A stretch of DNA of 63,290 bases, filler included, from Perkinsus olseni (GCA_013115125.1; 37 parts of 37 records of this genome joined end to end with filler, not necessarily neighbours in it), one strand, 5' to 3'; shown: positions 23,472 through 36,368, numbered from the whole stretch's first letter. Notes: a model not told the origin generated them from the letters alone. A program made the numbers and translations.

Positions 23472-25688
23472 TTTGTGCATTTTTATGTTAATAGCAAGCG
23501 ATTTGTTACGCTCCGCCAGAAGGGGTTTGCAGAACTCCGCTCTGTCCAATTATTCGTCAATGAAGTTTCAATCCAACTTTTCTTCCTTCCCTCTCCTTTT
23601 AAGGAGTGTCAGTTGTTTGTTGCTGACTATACGTTAATAGTCTGCTGAAACAACGTTTGCTGTTTCGTTGACAAGTTCCTGTAGACATTTCTCCACAGTT
23701 AAAGGCGTGCGATGGATACGACCAACCATACAGGACACTCTCGGAGACAGCTGTAAAATCCTCATACGATGTGGGTTGCGGTTAGTCGAACATCAGTTCG
23801 TTTCGAAGAGGATGAGTGAGAGTCCTACCGAGCCAGATTTGAAATTTCCTGTTTCAGGAATTCCTAAATCATTGACATGATGCACAGCAATGGCATGACG
23901 CCATTCAGAAGTCTGTTTAGGGAGTGAGGGCCGCTATGACACGGTTGACGATATTACATTAGCGATTAGAGATTTTTGGCGTGGTTCAAGTTCATTTCTC
24001 GAGTCAACACCGATGCCTGGACCAAAGGAATAATCATTTCATAACGAAGATGCCCACTTCAAAATCCACCCTGGCCAGTATTCTGATAGCAAGCAAATCC
24101 TCGGCGGCGAGTGCGTGTGTAACATCTGATACCCTGATGCTCCACTCCTCCGCTCAACGCGTGATGACCTTCATGAAAAAACGGAATAGTCATTGTGGTA
24201 CACCGCACACACATGGTTTGTTAGTGGCGAGCTCTAATANNNNNNNNNNNNNNNNNNNNNNNNNNNNNNNNNNNNNNNNNNNNTTAATTAATTAANNNNN
24301 NNNNNNNNNNNNNNNNNNNNNNNNNNNNNNNNNNNNNNNGAAAGTAATTCAGCAGCTGCTACTCAACTGCATTAGAAAGTGATAAGAAGGCTGGAAGGCT
24401 ACGTGCTGGAAGGAACAATTCGACCACAATCATTGTGGTAATGACCGAGACGAAGTGTTTGTGGCACAACGACTTCCTCGGCCCATGCCGCGGGCAACAG
24501 TAGAATCACAAGACGGTCAATGTGGTCACCACACTGACCACTGGTCAGTCACACATCGCACAAGGTCCTGTGGTCCACAACACTGCGGTGACTGCTCCTA
24601 GCCTTAGGCTAGCAGCCTAGGGTGACTGCACCGCAGTGAGTCTTCGGAGGCCGCTTACCTAGGATTCCTAGGTGAGCGACGAAGACTCACTGAAAGGCAA
24701 GAACTTCTTGCCAAGAAGGAAGAGTGATACACTCTGAGTGAGTACGCCTTCGAAATGAATTCACGTGAGGGCCCACTTTAATCACGAATATCTAACCTGG
24801 GATCTGTAGAATATAGAGGGCTTACTTCATTCAGACTGACGATTGCGAGTTTTTGCCGTACTTGTTGATGACTTCGTTGGGATCTACTAAATTGATCCTT
24901 CATGAAGGCTTCATGATGAAGCTAAAAATTTTAGCCTAAAATGCTTTGGGGCTCTGCGAATTTGGTCAGGGATTTATTAAGTTGCTCTGGGGTTTCACTG
25001 AATAGATCTGGAAATGGGGTATTGCTCCTCAGGTCTTTTGTTTGTCCGGATACAGTACGGTAGTTCGAGTTGGACTACTGTAGATCTCAACTCGACTAGG
25101 TCGCAGCTAGGACTTGCAAGGTGCTTCGAACTCTGTAACTCCGTGTAGTAATGCCCCTACCCTCACGGCTTCGTTGCCTGCCTCGTGCGGTTTCTGTTTC
25201 TCGCTCATTCCTTCGAGAACAGTAGGCACTGCCTAGTAGGCAGTCGACTCTGAAAATGGTCCTCCTTCCTGCCCCATTGACAAGGCGAACACTCATTCCA
25301 GTCAATGAAATCGACTTAGCCATCCGCACTGGTACCCCAAACCTTCGAGTCTGAGGCAAACGTAACGTTTGAAAGTTTGATATCACTCCACCAACATCAC
25401 GAACTCTGGAAGGTAGATATGGATGACGTCCTATCTGACGGGACCTATCAGGATTAGGATGATCAACAAACGGTGTTAACAGCAAAAAAGTCAAATACAT
25501 CGTATGAGCTGCGCAGTCGGCAGAGGGTACAAGGAGACCGCAAGCTACAACGTGGGGGAGATCGCGCTAGAGGGAGTAATTCTCCGGCGGTAGGTGACCG
25601 CTCTGAGCAGTCCGTTCATACCGACCACGAGCCCGAACGATATATGGTCAAGAAAATATAGCCGGACATTCAGAGTCGCTGCACAATA

Positions 25689-25965
25689 TCAGCATGGTGT
25701 CAGAGCGAAGTTGGCTAGATTCACGACATGGAGGTTCTTGCCGTCGTAGTGGAGCTTGGCGAGGTCAGAAGCCTTCAAAGGTGCACCGATTTTGGTGATC
25801 AGGTCCTGCAGCTTGGTGGTGTCGGTGACCGTCACGTCGCTTGTCGAAGTGTCGTACTTGTAGGGAACACCGGCCTCACTGCCGCTCTTTTTCGTACCCT
25901 TAGTGGGAGTCCACGAAGCCGAGATGTCGAAGGCTGTATCACTTGTGACAGTGACCTTGACAGTG
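25689..25965 (-). CDS. 3' part of a small hypothetical protein with a 1-nt frameshift (error or pseudogene)
   Basis: TVKVTVTSDTAFDIS, one extra G, then ASWTPTKG...LHYDGKNLHVVNLANFALTPC-stop. Strong GC3 codon bias. Confidence 0.55.
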
Positions 25966-26066
25966 NNNNNNNNNNNNNNNNNNNNNNNNNNNNNNNNNNN
26001 NNNNNNNNNTTAATTAATTAANNNNNNNNNNNNNNNNNNNNNNNNNNNNNNNNNNNNNNNNNNNNC

Positions 26067-27689
26067 CCCGTGCTGCTTGGTTGTCCTACACTTGGCAAAC
26101 TGAAGACGACCATCCAGATCAACCCAGAGGGTATGCACGTCATCACCAACGACGAGCACGACTTCTCCCCCTACGAACCAGAGAAGATGGTCAGATTTGC
26201 TCAACCAGGAGAGGGTGAACTATCAGATGACCGTGACAGAGAGTACATCCTGACGTCATACAAGATCAACCACGTTCATCAACTATTCCTACGTCAGGAT
26301 AAATACACTACTACTCTGCCCAACGGTATGCTGGAGGACATCATCTACTCCGACGCCAACATCTTCCCACAAGACTCCTTTTTGGGCCGGGCCGACTGTA
26401 ACCACTCGGGGAAAGATCCTACAACTAAGTACTACGTCCACTATGCGGCGACCCCACCAACTACTACAACCACTAAGGACTCCATGACCCCCCACAAAAT
26501 TGATGACATCATGGAGAAAGAAGAAGAAGACGCCGACGTTCACTCAGACGACAACCTACCTCCTTGGGAAGTCCTTATCCGTCAGTGGATACAGGACGAC
26601 TCAACTCCCCTTGGTAGAGCTTGTGTACGTGTACCCTGGCTCAACGACGAACGTCCTCCGTTCAACTTCAAGAACGCGGCCGAGAGGGGCGCAGCATCAG
26701 TTAGACGACTTACTCCAGATCAACGCCAATCCTTTGAAGCTGCACTACAGGCCTACGTTGAGCGAGGATTCTGCGTCATTGTCAAGGACAACAACGTCGG
26801 TGGTAGGCACTCTATCCCTACGTTCAACGAGTGTCAAGATGCCTGGGACGCCATGACACGTGGTACGGCCTTAGAAGGCACTGTGGTTATTAAACCGTAC
26901 CACTTTACGCCTTCCCACATGGTGTTCCGAGACCATCACCCAACGACACCGTGTCGTATAGTCCTGGACTTCCGCAAGTTGAACCAGTTTGCTGCACGTG
27001 GTGGGAAGTCCCAGAATGACTTACAAGGTGTTCTACTACAACTACGGAGCTTCCGGTACTTCATCTCGGCAGACGTCTCAAAAGCGTTCTGTCAGATGAA
27101 AGCGTCGCTCTACGACGTCGGCTACTCCAGCTACACGTGTATCGGCAACTACACCGTCTTGTGGTCTAGTATTGCCTTCGGCAGCAACAACGCCCCATGT
27201 ATGCTGGAAGCTTCTACTCACGACGTAGTCACCGAGATCCACGGTTTAGTCCAGACAGCTAAGGACAACATGACGGGCCCCAGAGAAGACTTGACGACTG
27301 AAGAACCTCCACGTCTCTCGTACATGCAAGTCGAGAGAGCCTTACTCAGGCCATCTGCGACTGGTGTCGAGTATATCTTACGTGGTCCCAAGATCCCCTT
27401 ACGTATGTTCTTGCTCAAGTACGTCGATGACCTCTTCTTCGGCGCAAGGACTAAGGAAGGAGTCTGTGAGTCGTACGACTTTGGCTCGTACGTCTTCGGT
27501 GGACATGGCTTCAAGTCTGATCCTGTCAAGAACTTCTGCAACTGGCTCGTCAGTGAAGACGACCACGACTTGAAGAAGTCAGTCCTTGGCTACGTTCTAC
27601 GACTAAGCCAAGATAAGTTCCACGCGGTCTACTCCGGACACGTCCCCGAAGGTAGAGTCACTAAACTACAGGCTTGTGCTGCTCTGGCA
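26067..27689 (+). mobile_element. pol: LTR retrotransposon reverse transcriptase, BEL/Pao-like (partial)
   Basis: VRVPWL...FNFKNAAER, CRIVLDFRKLN, ADVSKAFCQ, IAFGSNNAP, YVDD, SVLGY, VTKLQACAALA. Confidence 0.9.
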
Positions 27690-27974
27690 NNNNNNNNNNN
27701 NNNNNNNNNNNNNNNNNNNNNNNNNNNNNNNNNTTAATTAATTAANNNNNNNNNNNNNNNNNNNNNNNNNNNNNNNNNNNNNNNNNNNNAGTGGGCTGCC
27801 GGGATGGTAGGAGAGGTATCGACTGGGGGCGGCTCATGGTGGCCTCCGCCGTTGCTCGTCCCAGGGGACTGACAAACACAACAACATAAAGCTGGGTGCG
27901 AGAGAATAGATGAGGAGAAAAAGATGGGGATATTGGTAGTGAGTGCTCAAAAGAATCTCTAGAGTCGATCGACT

Positions 27975-29330
27975 TCACTTGTTCACCTTCTCGTCTTTCT
28001 TCTTCTTGTCGTCATCCTTTTTGTCATCACTACTCTTCCAACGTTTGGAGTTAGGATACCAGCTGCTGTACCAGTCGTTACAACAGCTGCTACTGCCCCA
28101 GTTCTTGTTCCAGTTCTTGTTCCAGTAGTAGTTACTAGAATGGGAGTTGTAGTAGGAGTTCCAGCTGTCATTCCAAGAGCGCTTGTGACCGCGGCTGTCG
28201 GAGGATTTCCACTTGTCGTTGCGCGAGCTGACCTGGGAGGACAGAATCAACAGCTGAGAGGCGTCGACGTCAGACAGGTGGCTGAGAGCATCCTGGATGG
28301 AGATCCCTTTGGTAGATACCATCTTGGCGAGTCCCTGCCGAACATGGGTGTCGTAGGCCTTGCAGAGAGGCAGACCGCCGAACTTATTAGAGGTGCCCGA
28401 GAACTGGACGGAGAAAAGGACGTGTACGGCATGACTCATCGCTAGGCCCCAATCGCAAACTCCCAAGATTGTAACCGTAACGGCCCAAGATAGTAGGCAT
28501 GAGGCGAAGTAGGCCAGGCCCTCCTTCTCGAGTTCGGGGTCACCACAGAAAGACTCTAGGGGCTCCGTTAGGATGTAGTTGTTGTCTTTGATGGCGGCTG
28601 CCAGGGCGTCCATGTTGAAAAGCTTGGGGTCAAAGCTGCCTATACCAGATTTTCTGATAGCGTCCGCGGCGGCCTTGAGGGTGTCTTTTTTTGAGGCCTC
28701 GTCGGAGCCGTCGGCAGGAGACTTGTTGTTAAGGCCCTCGATCAGCTTGGTCACGAAATGGTTCGCGGCACGGGACATAGCCGCTTCCCCAGAACCTAAG
28801 GAGTTACTCGGACTCGGGGCATCTTTCGAGGGGATCTCGATGACGCGAGTCTCTTCCCCCGACTTCTTGGAAGCCTTGGCGATCTCGGCCAGGAGTTTGG
28901 AGGTCTTGGCAGACTTCGACTTCTTGGGAGTGTGGTCGGCGTCGGTCTCCCCGTCTTCGACGCCGTCATCTTCTTCCCCCTCGTCGTCGTCGGCCATGGG
29001 GGGCTTCGAGGAGCTCGAAGGAGGAGACGTCTTCTTCTTGTTATCTTCGGTCTGATCGGAGGTAGATGCCTTGGAGGCGTTGGCCTTCCTGAGTCGCCTA
29101 GGCGTCCCCTTCTCAGCAGCGGCCTTGTCAGCGGCGGCCTTATCAGCGGCGGCCTTGTCGGCGGCGGCCTCGTCAGCGGCGGCCTTGTCAGCGGCGGCCT
29201 TGTCAGCGGCTGCTTTATCTGCCGCGGCCTTCTCAGAAGAGGGAGTGTCGTCAGGTTTCCTAGCCATGCGTGGGGAGGAAGGGTGACCCTTCGAAGGTCC
29301 ACTTAACTGACAAAAGTGTAGTGCGACCAT
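27975..29330 (-). CDS. Intronless 451-aa protein with (AAADK)n repeats, possibly Gag-like ORF1 of a tyrosine-recombinase retroelement
   Basis: Complete ORF with a low-complexity N-terminus, a helical core ending ...KAYDTHVRQGLA, and a Trp/Asn/Ser-rich tail. The functional call is tentative. Confidence 0.6.
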   Translation of the reverse strand: MVALHFCQLSGPSKGHPSSPRMARKPDDTPSSEKAAADKAAADKAAADKAAADEAAADKAAADKAAADKAAAEKGTPRRLRKANASKASTSDQTEDNKKKTSPPSSSSKPPMADDDEGEEDDGVEDGETDADHTPKKSKSAKTSKLLAEIAKASKKSGEETRVIEIPSKDAPSPSNSLGSGEAAMSRAANHFVTKLIEGLNNKSPADGSDEASKKDTLKAAADAIRKSGIGSFDPKLFNMDALAAAIKDNNYILTEPLESFCGDPELEKEGLAYFASCLLSWAVTVTILGVCDWGLAMSHAVHVLFSVQFSGTSNKFGGLPLCKAYDTHVRQGLAKMVSTKGISIQDALSHLSDVDASQLLILSSQVSSRNDKWKSSDSRGHKRSWNDSWNSYYNSHSSNYYWNKNWNKNWGSSSCCNDWYSSWYPNSKRWKSSDDKKDDDKKKKDEKVNK

Positions 29331-30365
29331 GATTGGCCCAATTGATTAACTCGGCAACAAACTTGTTGAGCAGGAACAAGTCTTAATCAGTGTACATTCC
29401 GTCATGGGAACTNNNNNNNNNNNNNNNNNNNNNNNNNNNNNNNNNNNNNNNNNNNNTTAATTAATTAANNNNNNNNNNNNNNNNNNNNNNNNNNNNNNNN
29501 NNNNNNNNNNNNGTTGAACGCTTAGCGTTCACATCCGAGCGGGATCTCATTCTCGCCTGCATTCTTTTTTCATGATATCATTTTTTTTGATCGTCCGTCC
29601 TGGTCATACGTTGGTGGTTCGGAACGAGTTCCAGTAATCTCTGCTGTTCTGTGTTTGTGAACAGTCAGCTCCTCAGTCGCGGCAAAGAGCGCAACTAGCT
29701 ACTGCTTCGCAACCCTGGCCGCGAACTTAGCAGTGCGGAGCATGGTTTAAGGGAAAAGTACTCCAGAGTCCTTTGCGCAGTGACCAAGAAGCCTCGTAGC
29801 TCTGAAGGAATGATGCGGATCATCATGCTTGAGTGCTTCATACTATGAACCACTCATGAACTATGAACTTCATAGTTGCTCTCGTGGTTGAATGTACACA
29901 GTACACCATCCCGATTGCTGGCGGAAAATAGAGGATCTTCTCGGGAAGGCGTATTGCCATTAAACTTCACTCACCTGTGACATAGATGGAAGGCACCGTC
30001 AAGTTGCGGAGGCTGCAGGGAAGTTCGGAACACATTGCATGAGGTGTTTCGATCCTCGTATTCCGCAGCAGACGGCTATTCCCAACGGCGATGGAGTAAT
30101 ACACGCTCCCCAGTAGTTATTGAGTTGGGTTGAACGAAGTGGCGAGGCGCCAGCTCGACTTCCTGTCGTTCTGATAGGTCTTGCTGATGAGGTCGCTGTG
30201 ATGACGACGTTATAGATTGTAAATATGCTCATTCTCGTACGCTCGTTGGCGACATGAGCAGGCAACAGGTTTCGCTGGACCCTCGAGGAGTTGTTTTCAT
30301 CAACTCTGAGCTCCTTGGCTGCTGTGAAGACCTAGGTTGGTCTAGTTCAGTTTTGTATCACATCC

Positions 30366-30990
30366 ATGGCAGGGAATATGACCGCGGGGCCAATGACTGT
30401 TGAGTCCTTCGTGGAGTTGCAGAGAGATCTGTTCACTCTAGAGAGGGACGAAGAGGTTGCCCAGACCACCACCGAAGTACTCAGAACTTACTTAGCCAAT
30501 GCTGAGCTGCAGGTGATCCTACCTGTCGCCGATCGACCCTCCTTGATCCCGGGTCTTGTTGGCCATCGACTAGACTGAAGGGACCGGGAGACCGCGTTGC
30601 TGCAACTATCTGCTCGCTTGCTACCGTAGCGAGAAGATGCATGCCGTAGTAGTATTCTCTCCCACACTTCCCTCAGGATCGTGGCGTTGTTATCCTGAAG
30701 CTCATCCTCGATTCCGTATCAACCGGGCCTTACGGACGTGAGCCCGCAACACCTGAACACCTCTGCCACCAGACAGGTGGGAGGCAGTTTCAAGTCGAAG
30801 GGGTACCCTCCTGTCGTCTTGGACACCGGGATCGAGTACCCGAACATCATCAAGGCTCCTGTCAGCAGTACTCAATGCGCATATTTCCTGTTCTTAGATT
30901 CTCATCGGGTAACATAGTGGGCGCCTTCAGTGTTTCGGCTCATCAGGGATTCGCCGGAGATCCGAAAATTAGCGACGTTGCTAACGTAAT
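30366..30990 (+). CDS. IGHMBP2: 5' exons of an IGHMBP2/SMUBP-2 (Hcs1)-like SF1 helicase, apparently truncated
   Basis: Exon 30366-30512 (VESFVELQRDLFTLERDEEV...ELQ), exon 30677-30737 (DRGVVILKL...TGPYGR) and exon from 30898 (FSSGNIVG) match the IGHMBP2 N-terminus. GT-AG introns. Confidence 0.75.
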
Positions 30991-31032
30991 AAGCGACGTA
31001 ATAAGCGTTCGCTGTCCGATAGTTTTGAGACC

Positions 31033-31132
31033 AACTAACTAACTATAACTAACTACCTATAACTAACTAACTACCTATAACTAACTACCTATAACTAACT
31101 AACTACCTATAACTAACTAAGTAACTAACTAA
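31033..31132 (+). repeat. AACT/ACCTAT simple tandem repeat
   Basis: aactaactaactataactaactacctat... runs to the contig end. Confidence 0.9.
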
Positions 31133-31903
31133 NNNNNNNNNNNNNNNNNNNNNNNNNNNNNNNNNNNNNNNNNNNNTTAATTAATTAANNNNNNNNNNNN
31201 NNNNNNNNNNNNNNNNNNNNNNNNNNNNNNNNGTTGAGAGGAGGGATTGGACCCTTGTTGACGTGCCGGTTATGAGACGCATGCCGAGTAAGCGTGATGT
31301 AGAAAGGTTTCTGAAGCTGTTTCTCATGCCATGATCACAAGCTGTTGGGTTGTTGGAGTTACTCCTGGGGAGTTGCCGACCTGATGACATGCGGCGGGGA
31401 GTCGTCGGGGTGAACGTGGCGTTAACGGCACTCGATGAGCTCAACGCATAGGGGCGAATCAGAAACATACATCCGAGGCGTGAGCATACACACGTCAGAG
31501 ACCTCAAGGCAGACGCGTCCGAGGGAAGTATTTTAGACGGCCGCTATGTCCCCGGAGATGCTTGAAGTTCTTCCTGAGAGTGAAGAAATATAGATGTGAT
31601 GAGTGCTTGAATACCCTCACCTGTGTCTCGGCCTGTTGCACCAGATATCCAACTGCCTCGCCATCCCGGGGATCGGGCAGAGTTGAGGGAGGACTCTTGG
31701 CCTGAAACAGCGTCGAGGTTGATGCGGACTCTTGGGGGAGCTGTTCACCTGGCTCCAAGGATTGCAGTCGTAGGGGCTCGGCACAGGTTGAACATCGTAA
31801 GGGAACGCTGGTCTTAGGGCTGATCGGAGCTCCCCATGACGCAACGACTCTCCCCGGTCGCAGAAACCGAGGCAGAAACATGTGATATGAAAGTCATGAT
31901 CGA

Positions 31904-32847
31904 TCAAGTCTTCGCTTCGTCTGAACGCTTGCCAGCATCGGCCTCGCGCTGTCGTATTTTAGCCATTTTGTACTGGTAGGTGAACATATTGTCCCATCGG
32001 CCATACCGCCCTGTACTCCGAACTCTCTCGCGTTTCCGTCGGAGCTGCTGTTTGAGATCACTAACGGCGTCATGGACAACCTCCTTCTTCTCCCTTATTA
32101 AGCCCTGAGCTTGATCTATCTGGGATCGCGCATCAACCTCCTCCTTCGTCATCGCCTCCTTTGGTATCTGGTAAGCCTTGCCGACGAGCTTCCTTCGTCT
32201 TGCCCACTCAACCCAGTGTCTCTTAGCCTCTCGCCATGTCTCGTCAGAGGCCTTCTTCCTCCAGTTCCTCGGGTGTATATCGGATGCATTAACGAGGTCA
32301 GCCATGTCAAACCTTCTCTTGGGCTTTAATGGTCGAACGGTATCAGGGCGGCCCAGGTAAGTCCACTTCCAAGTTCCCTTGGGGATGACCTTAGGATTCT
32401 TAACGTCAATGTAGCCAGTAGCGGTACGAGGCTCATACCACTCCTTCTTGGCTGCTGCTGCCGGCCCTGATTCTTCTCTTGGCCGCTTGATTCTCTTAGG
32501 AGTATCTTCTGCCGTATCCTCCTGTGTTGCTGGGGCAGTCCAAACCTCCTCGTCAAGAATATCGTCCATCTCGGTGCGCCATTGCTTAGCGAATCCCTTC
32601 TTGAGCTGTTCTTGATAGCTCGAGCCCTCCGGGAAGGTGTCCTTTCCTCGATACTGTTTGATACCGGCCATCGGAGCGTTGACTGGCGGTGCCTCCGACT
32701 CCTCACGGCTCAGGTAGCGGCTCGGGAACTTGCTGAACCCATCGTCGCTGATGCGCTCCTCAGGCTCATCCTCTGGTATGACAAACGCTGGCGTTACGGA
32801 CCGCTGGGTGCTACTCTTTGCTCGAACGTTGAAGTCCATCACAACCG
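31904..32847 (-). CDS. Hypothetical charged protein (>312 aa, 5' partial)
   Basis: Long ORF with protein-like composition. No family recognised. Confidence 0.6.
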
Positions 32848-35800
32848 NNNNNNNNNNNNNNNNNNNNNNNNNNNNNNNNNNNNNNNNNNNNTTAATTAAT
32901 TAANNNNNNNNNNNNNNNNNNNNNNNNNNNNNNNNNNNNNNNNNNNNATACAAACATATAAGGTTTTATCAATTCTACGTCTAGTATGTCGGGTTCACCA
33001 ACCATGGGGTCACAACAGTAGTGGATGTAGACATCAAAGATCACTAGTTGAGACCACTAGTACTGGAGTTCTTCTCAGCAGCTAATCCCCCCACCGAGCG
33101 GTAAAGAGGTTTCCATCCAACCTGTATACGAACAAATACGGATAATAATCGTATAATACGGCAATCAAACGCAACAAATTGAATCTTGTCAAGTAGTATA
33201 CTAACCCGGATTCAACAACGACCAATGACCGACCTTCCGCTACTGTTACAATGTTACTTGGCTGCAGCGAGGGCTGGACAAGGCGAACCCAGCCGAATAA
33301 CAACAGCAATGATAACTATGAATAACGACTAGTTGGCCGAGCGAGAACATCAGTAGTCACCGCTGGCCAACTTTCGACAGAACTGGGATGCCACCGCCAG
33401 CAGCAACAAGTTGTTGCCAACAACATAATAGCAATAACATCAATAACACAGTATCTTTGCTGCTGCTCACACTAGACTTCTTATACAAACATAAAACAGT
33501 ACGGTACGTGTCTGGTCAGAAAACTTGCAAAGCCAATACCATCAAGCGGCGTGTAAAATGTTGCAAATGGCGAGGAGCTCAAGGACGCAGTCACCGTTCA
33601 GCTTCCCTGAGGGACTCTTCCAAGCTGCCCACCGACCCCTCAGCGATGGTCGACATTGGCCTGCAGGAAACAACCGACTACGCAACGACTCATCACCATT
33701 TCATAATGAAAAAATTTCGGGATTTTCACCCGAAAATTTTCTATCTTGCTAGCCTACTTATCGAACGCATCATCAGGCGCTTCCTTGGCTTGTTGATGCT
33801 GCCAAGAGGCATCCCCTCCGACGTTGATGGAAGATCCGTCAAGCCCATACTCCCCTCCTTCGTGGCACTCTGTGCCACCCAGTAGAAGCTCGTACCTGTG
33901 GACGGTAATTGTCCGAGGGAAACTACCCAGACGAAAAAAACCTAAAAATGCCGAAGCGAACAGAGACAAATGAAATTTTGTTGAGATTTTTCGCTCTAGT
34001 GAAAAGAGAACCGCCGCATTCGACCCAAGTGTTTATGCCACAGGAATAAAGGTGCGCAGGTTCAACACCGGTCGTCGAAATGAGAGGAAACGTCGGGCGA
34101 AAACCTCCGCAAATGCGAGATATTTACGCACGATTATCCCCAGTTATCCCTAGCTAACCTTACTGTCCCAATCCAATGCAGTTGAGCAGATAGCCCGGAC
34201 GCCGGTCGCCCTGGGAACCCCCGACGGTAGAATCAAGCTCAGCGGCAGCGAGGAGATTCATTTTGATATTTTCCGTCACTTCGTATCTGCGTGGAAGAGA
34301 ATCTTAGAAAAGGGGATGGGAGACGTTAAGGAGAAACTGTAATTAAACTCCATAATTAAATTCAAATTTACTTCTGAATTCTGGTGATTCACCGCAAAAA
34401 TTTTGTTATGTATTTATTTTTTCTACTCTTGCTGGAACCATGGAAATAACAAAGAAGTAAGATATCACCACTTAAATGTGATACTGTACACCCACTCATG
34501 AAAAAATCAGCGGAAATTTTCTTCCAAAAAAGTCTTTCTTTTCCCAGCTCACCTAAGCGNNNNNNNNNNNNNNNNNNNNNNNNNNNNNNNNNNNNNNNNN
34601 NNNTTAATTAATTAANNNNNNNNNNNNNNNNNNNNNNNNNNNNNNNNNNNNNNNNNNNNGGCCAGCCTTGCTAGAGTTGGGCGAAATATGGTAGGCCTTG
34701 CTAGGCCGGCAAGCATTAGAAACGGAAATCTGCCAAAGTGGACGGATGAGGACTCCTACCAAAACTCATTCAACTCAACACCACATACCCGTCTACAAGG
34801 TGCATGGTCGGCGGATCTTTGTCGTGATGGTAGAAATACTTATTGACCTAATCCCCATTTCAGGGCCCAACATCACCGTTCAAAGACTGCTCCTTTGGCT
34901 TCGCTTTCTGCCTCGTCTGTCCCCTTTGGGGATCCCACATTTCCCGATCGAGTGAAACGTCGACCAGACATTAGCCAATAAAGGAATAGTCACACCAAAT
35001 TCATTTTGTTACCGAATTCAAATTCATGAGCGATTCTGGTTCGTGCCGCTCTGTTTAGATCGATTTTCATCCAATTTCAATACCCGAATCATTCTCCAAC
35101 ATCTGGCAGAGCCCCTGCTACTACGGCCTCCTTCCCGCAACTCGAGCAAATACTGTGAGGTCATGAAACACGGGAGAAGCTGGTGTTCCACGAGAACCGT
35201 GACAACTTCAATCATTCGGATTGGAGTAACGCGGCCGCATGTGACATGCCAGAGCTACTCTATGACAAGTGTCTTAAATTTGCTGAAGTATGAAAAGTCG
35301 ATGAAACCTCTACTTCGAAGAGTCTTCTAAAACAAAACTCGGTTCTCCATCCCTTTTTTAATGAACCGAAAAAATCTTTTATATGATCATACAGTTCATC
35401 GCCTTCGCGTGCCAAACCTCGACTCGAACACAAGACACCACAGGATTGGGCTATCATCTGGACTCAGCGTCTCGATTAAGCAGATATACAGCAATATCCA
35501 TATACAACCGCCGACCAAGCACGACAGGGCACTATGCCGATATACAACAATGAATCGGACGCTGAACCTGCCCCGTACAAAGAAAGAGAAAGAAAGAAAA
35601 AAATCGGTGTGTTGGGCACACTCGCCACAGTAACTGGTCTGAGCGTCACAGCATGCGTGGAACTAATGACCAGGGCGCGCACAAGAGTCCTGCAATGGGG
35701 GGCTGACACCTGCCGCTAGCTGAGACCGACAGAGTTGTGTGCCAATCACAAAATAGGGGATGAGTAAGGTGAGCTAACGACTCCGGCACGAGCTGTACCT

Positions 35801-36368
35801 CCCAGCACATGTGGTTTCCAAGTAAATGGTGTACAACGCTGAACCACTCGCTGACGGCCTTCTTGAGGAGGAGGACGACGCTTCATGGGCTGAATTGAAA
35901 TTCAATAATTACATTATTCAGCTCTTCACGACGTGAACTCACGTAGTCATAGTCTATGACTAGGAGGAGTGTCTATCACCCATAGATACCCCTCCTCCTC
36001 CGGATTTCTACTGGCCACCAGAATCTCCTAATGGCCGCTAATGGCATCCAGGCCTGGGGTAGGCCTATTGTTGACGGGACGGTCGAAAGAACAAACGATG
36101 ACCAGAGCTAGAATATTCACCGTCTCTTGATGAGTACTAGGAGCGCACTGGCCACTAACGCTACCAGTGATGTTGAAATCGCGAACGAAGCAGAGATCAC
36201 GATGTCGTTGGCTAGACAACGTTACGGAGAGTCGCATGGCGCGACCCCAGGAAGCTCATTTCCATCCNNNNNNNNNNNNNNNNNNNNNNNNNNNNNNNNN
36301 NNNNNNNNNNNTTAATTAATTAANNNNNNNNNNNNNNNNNNNNNNNNNNNNNNNNNNNNNNNNNNNNT

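Noticed and set aside
22675-23549. Overlapping Arg/Leu-rich and Val-rich ORFs
   Set aside because: They are alternative-frame and antisense shadows of the repetitive mucin-like CDS.
25695-25712. TGGTGTCAGAGC after CA, resembling an initiator-Met primer-binding site
   Set aside because: It is the antisense of the final codons of a minus-strand coding exon, and no gag follows.
19158-27689. Apparent cluster of integrases, RT and mucin as one multi-gene system
   Set aside because: Each lies on a separate length-sorted contig, so there is no real synteny.
28579-29306. Plus-strand ORFs with AAALS/GGLVS repeats
   Set aside because: They are antisense shadows of the AAADK repeat region.
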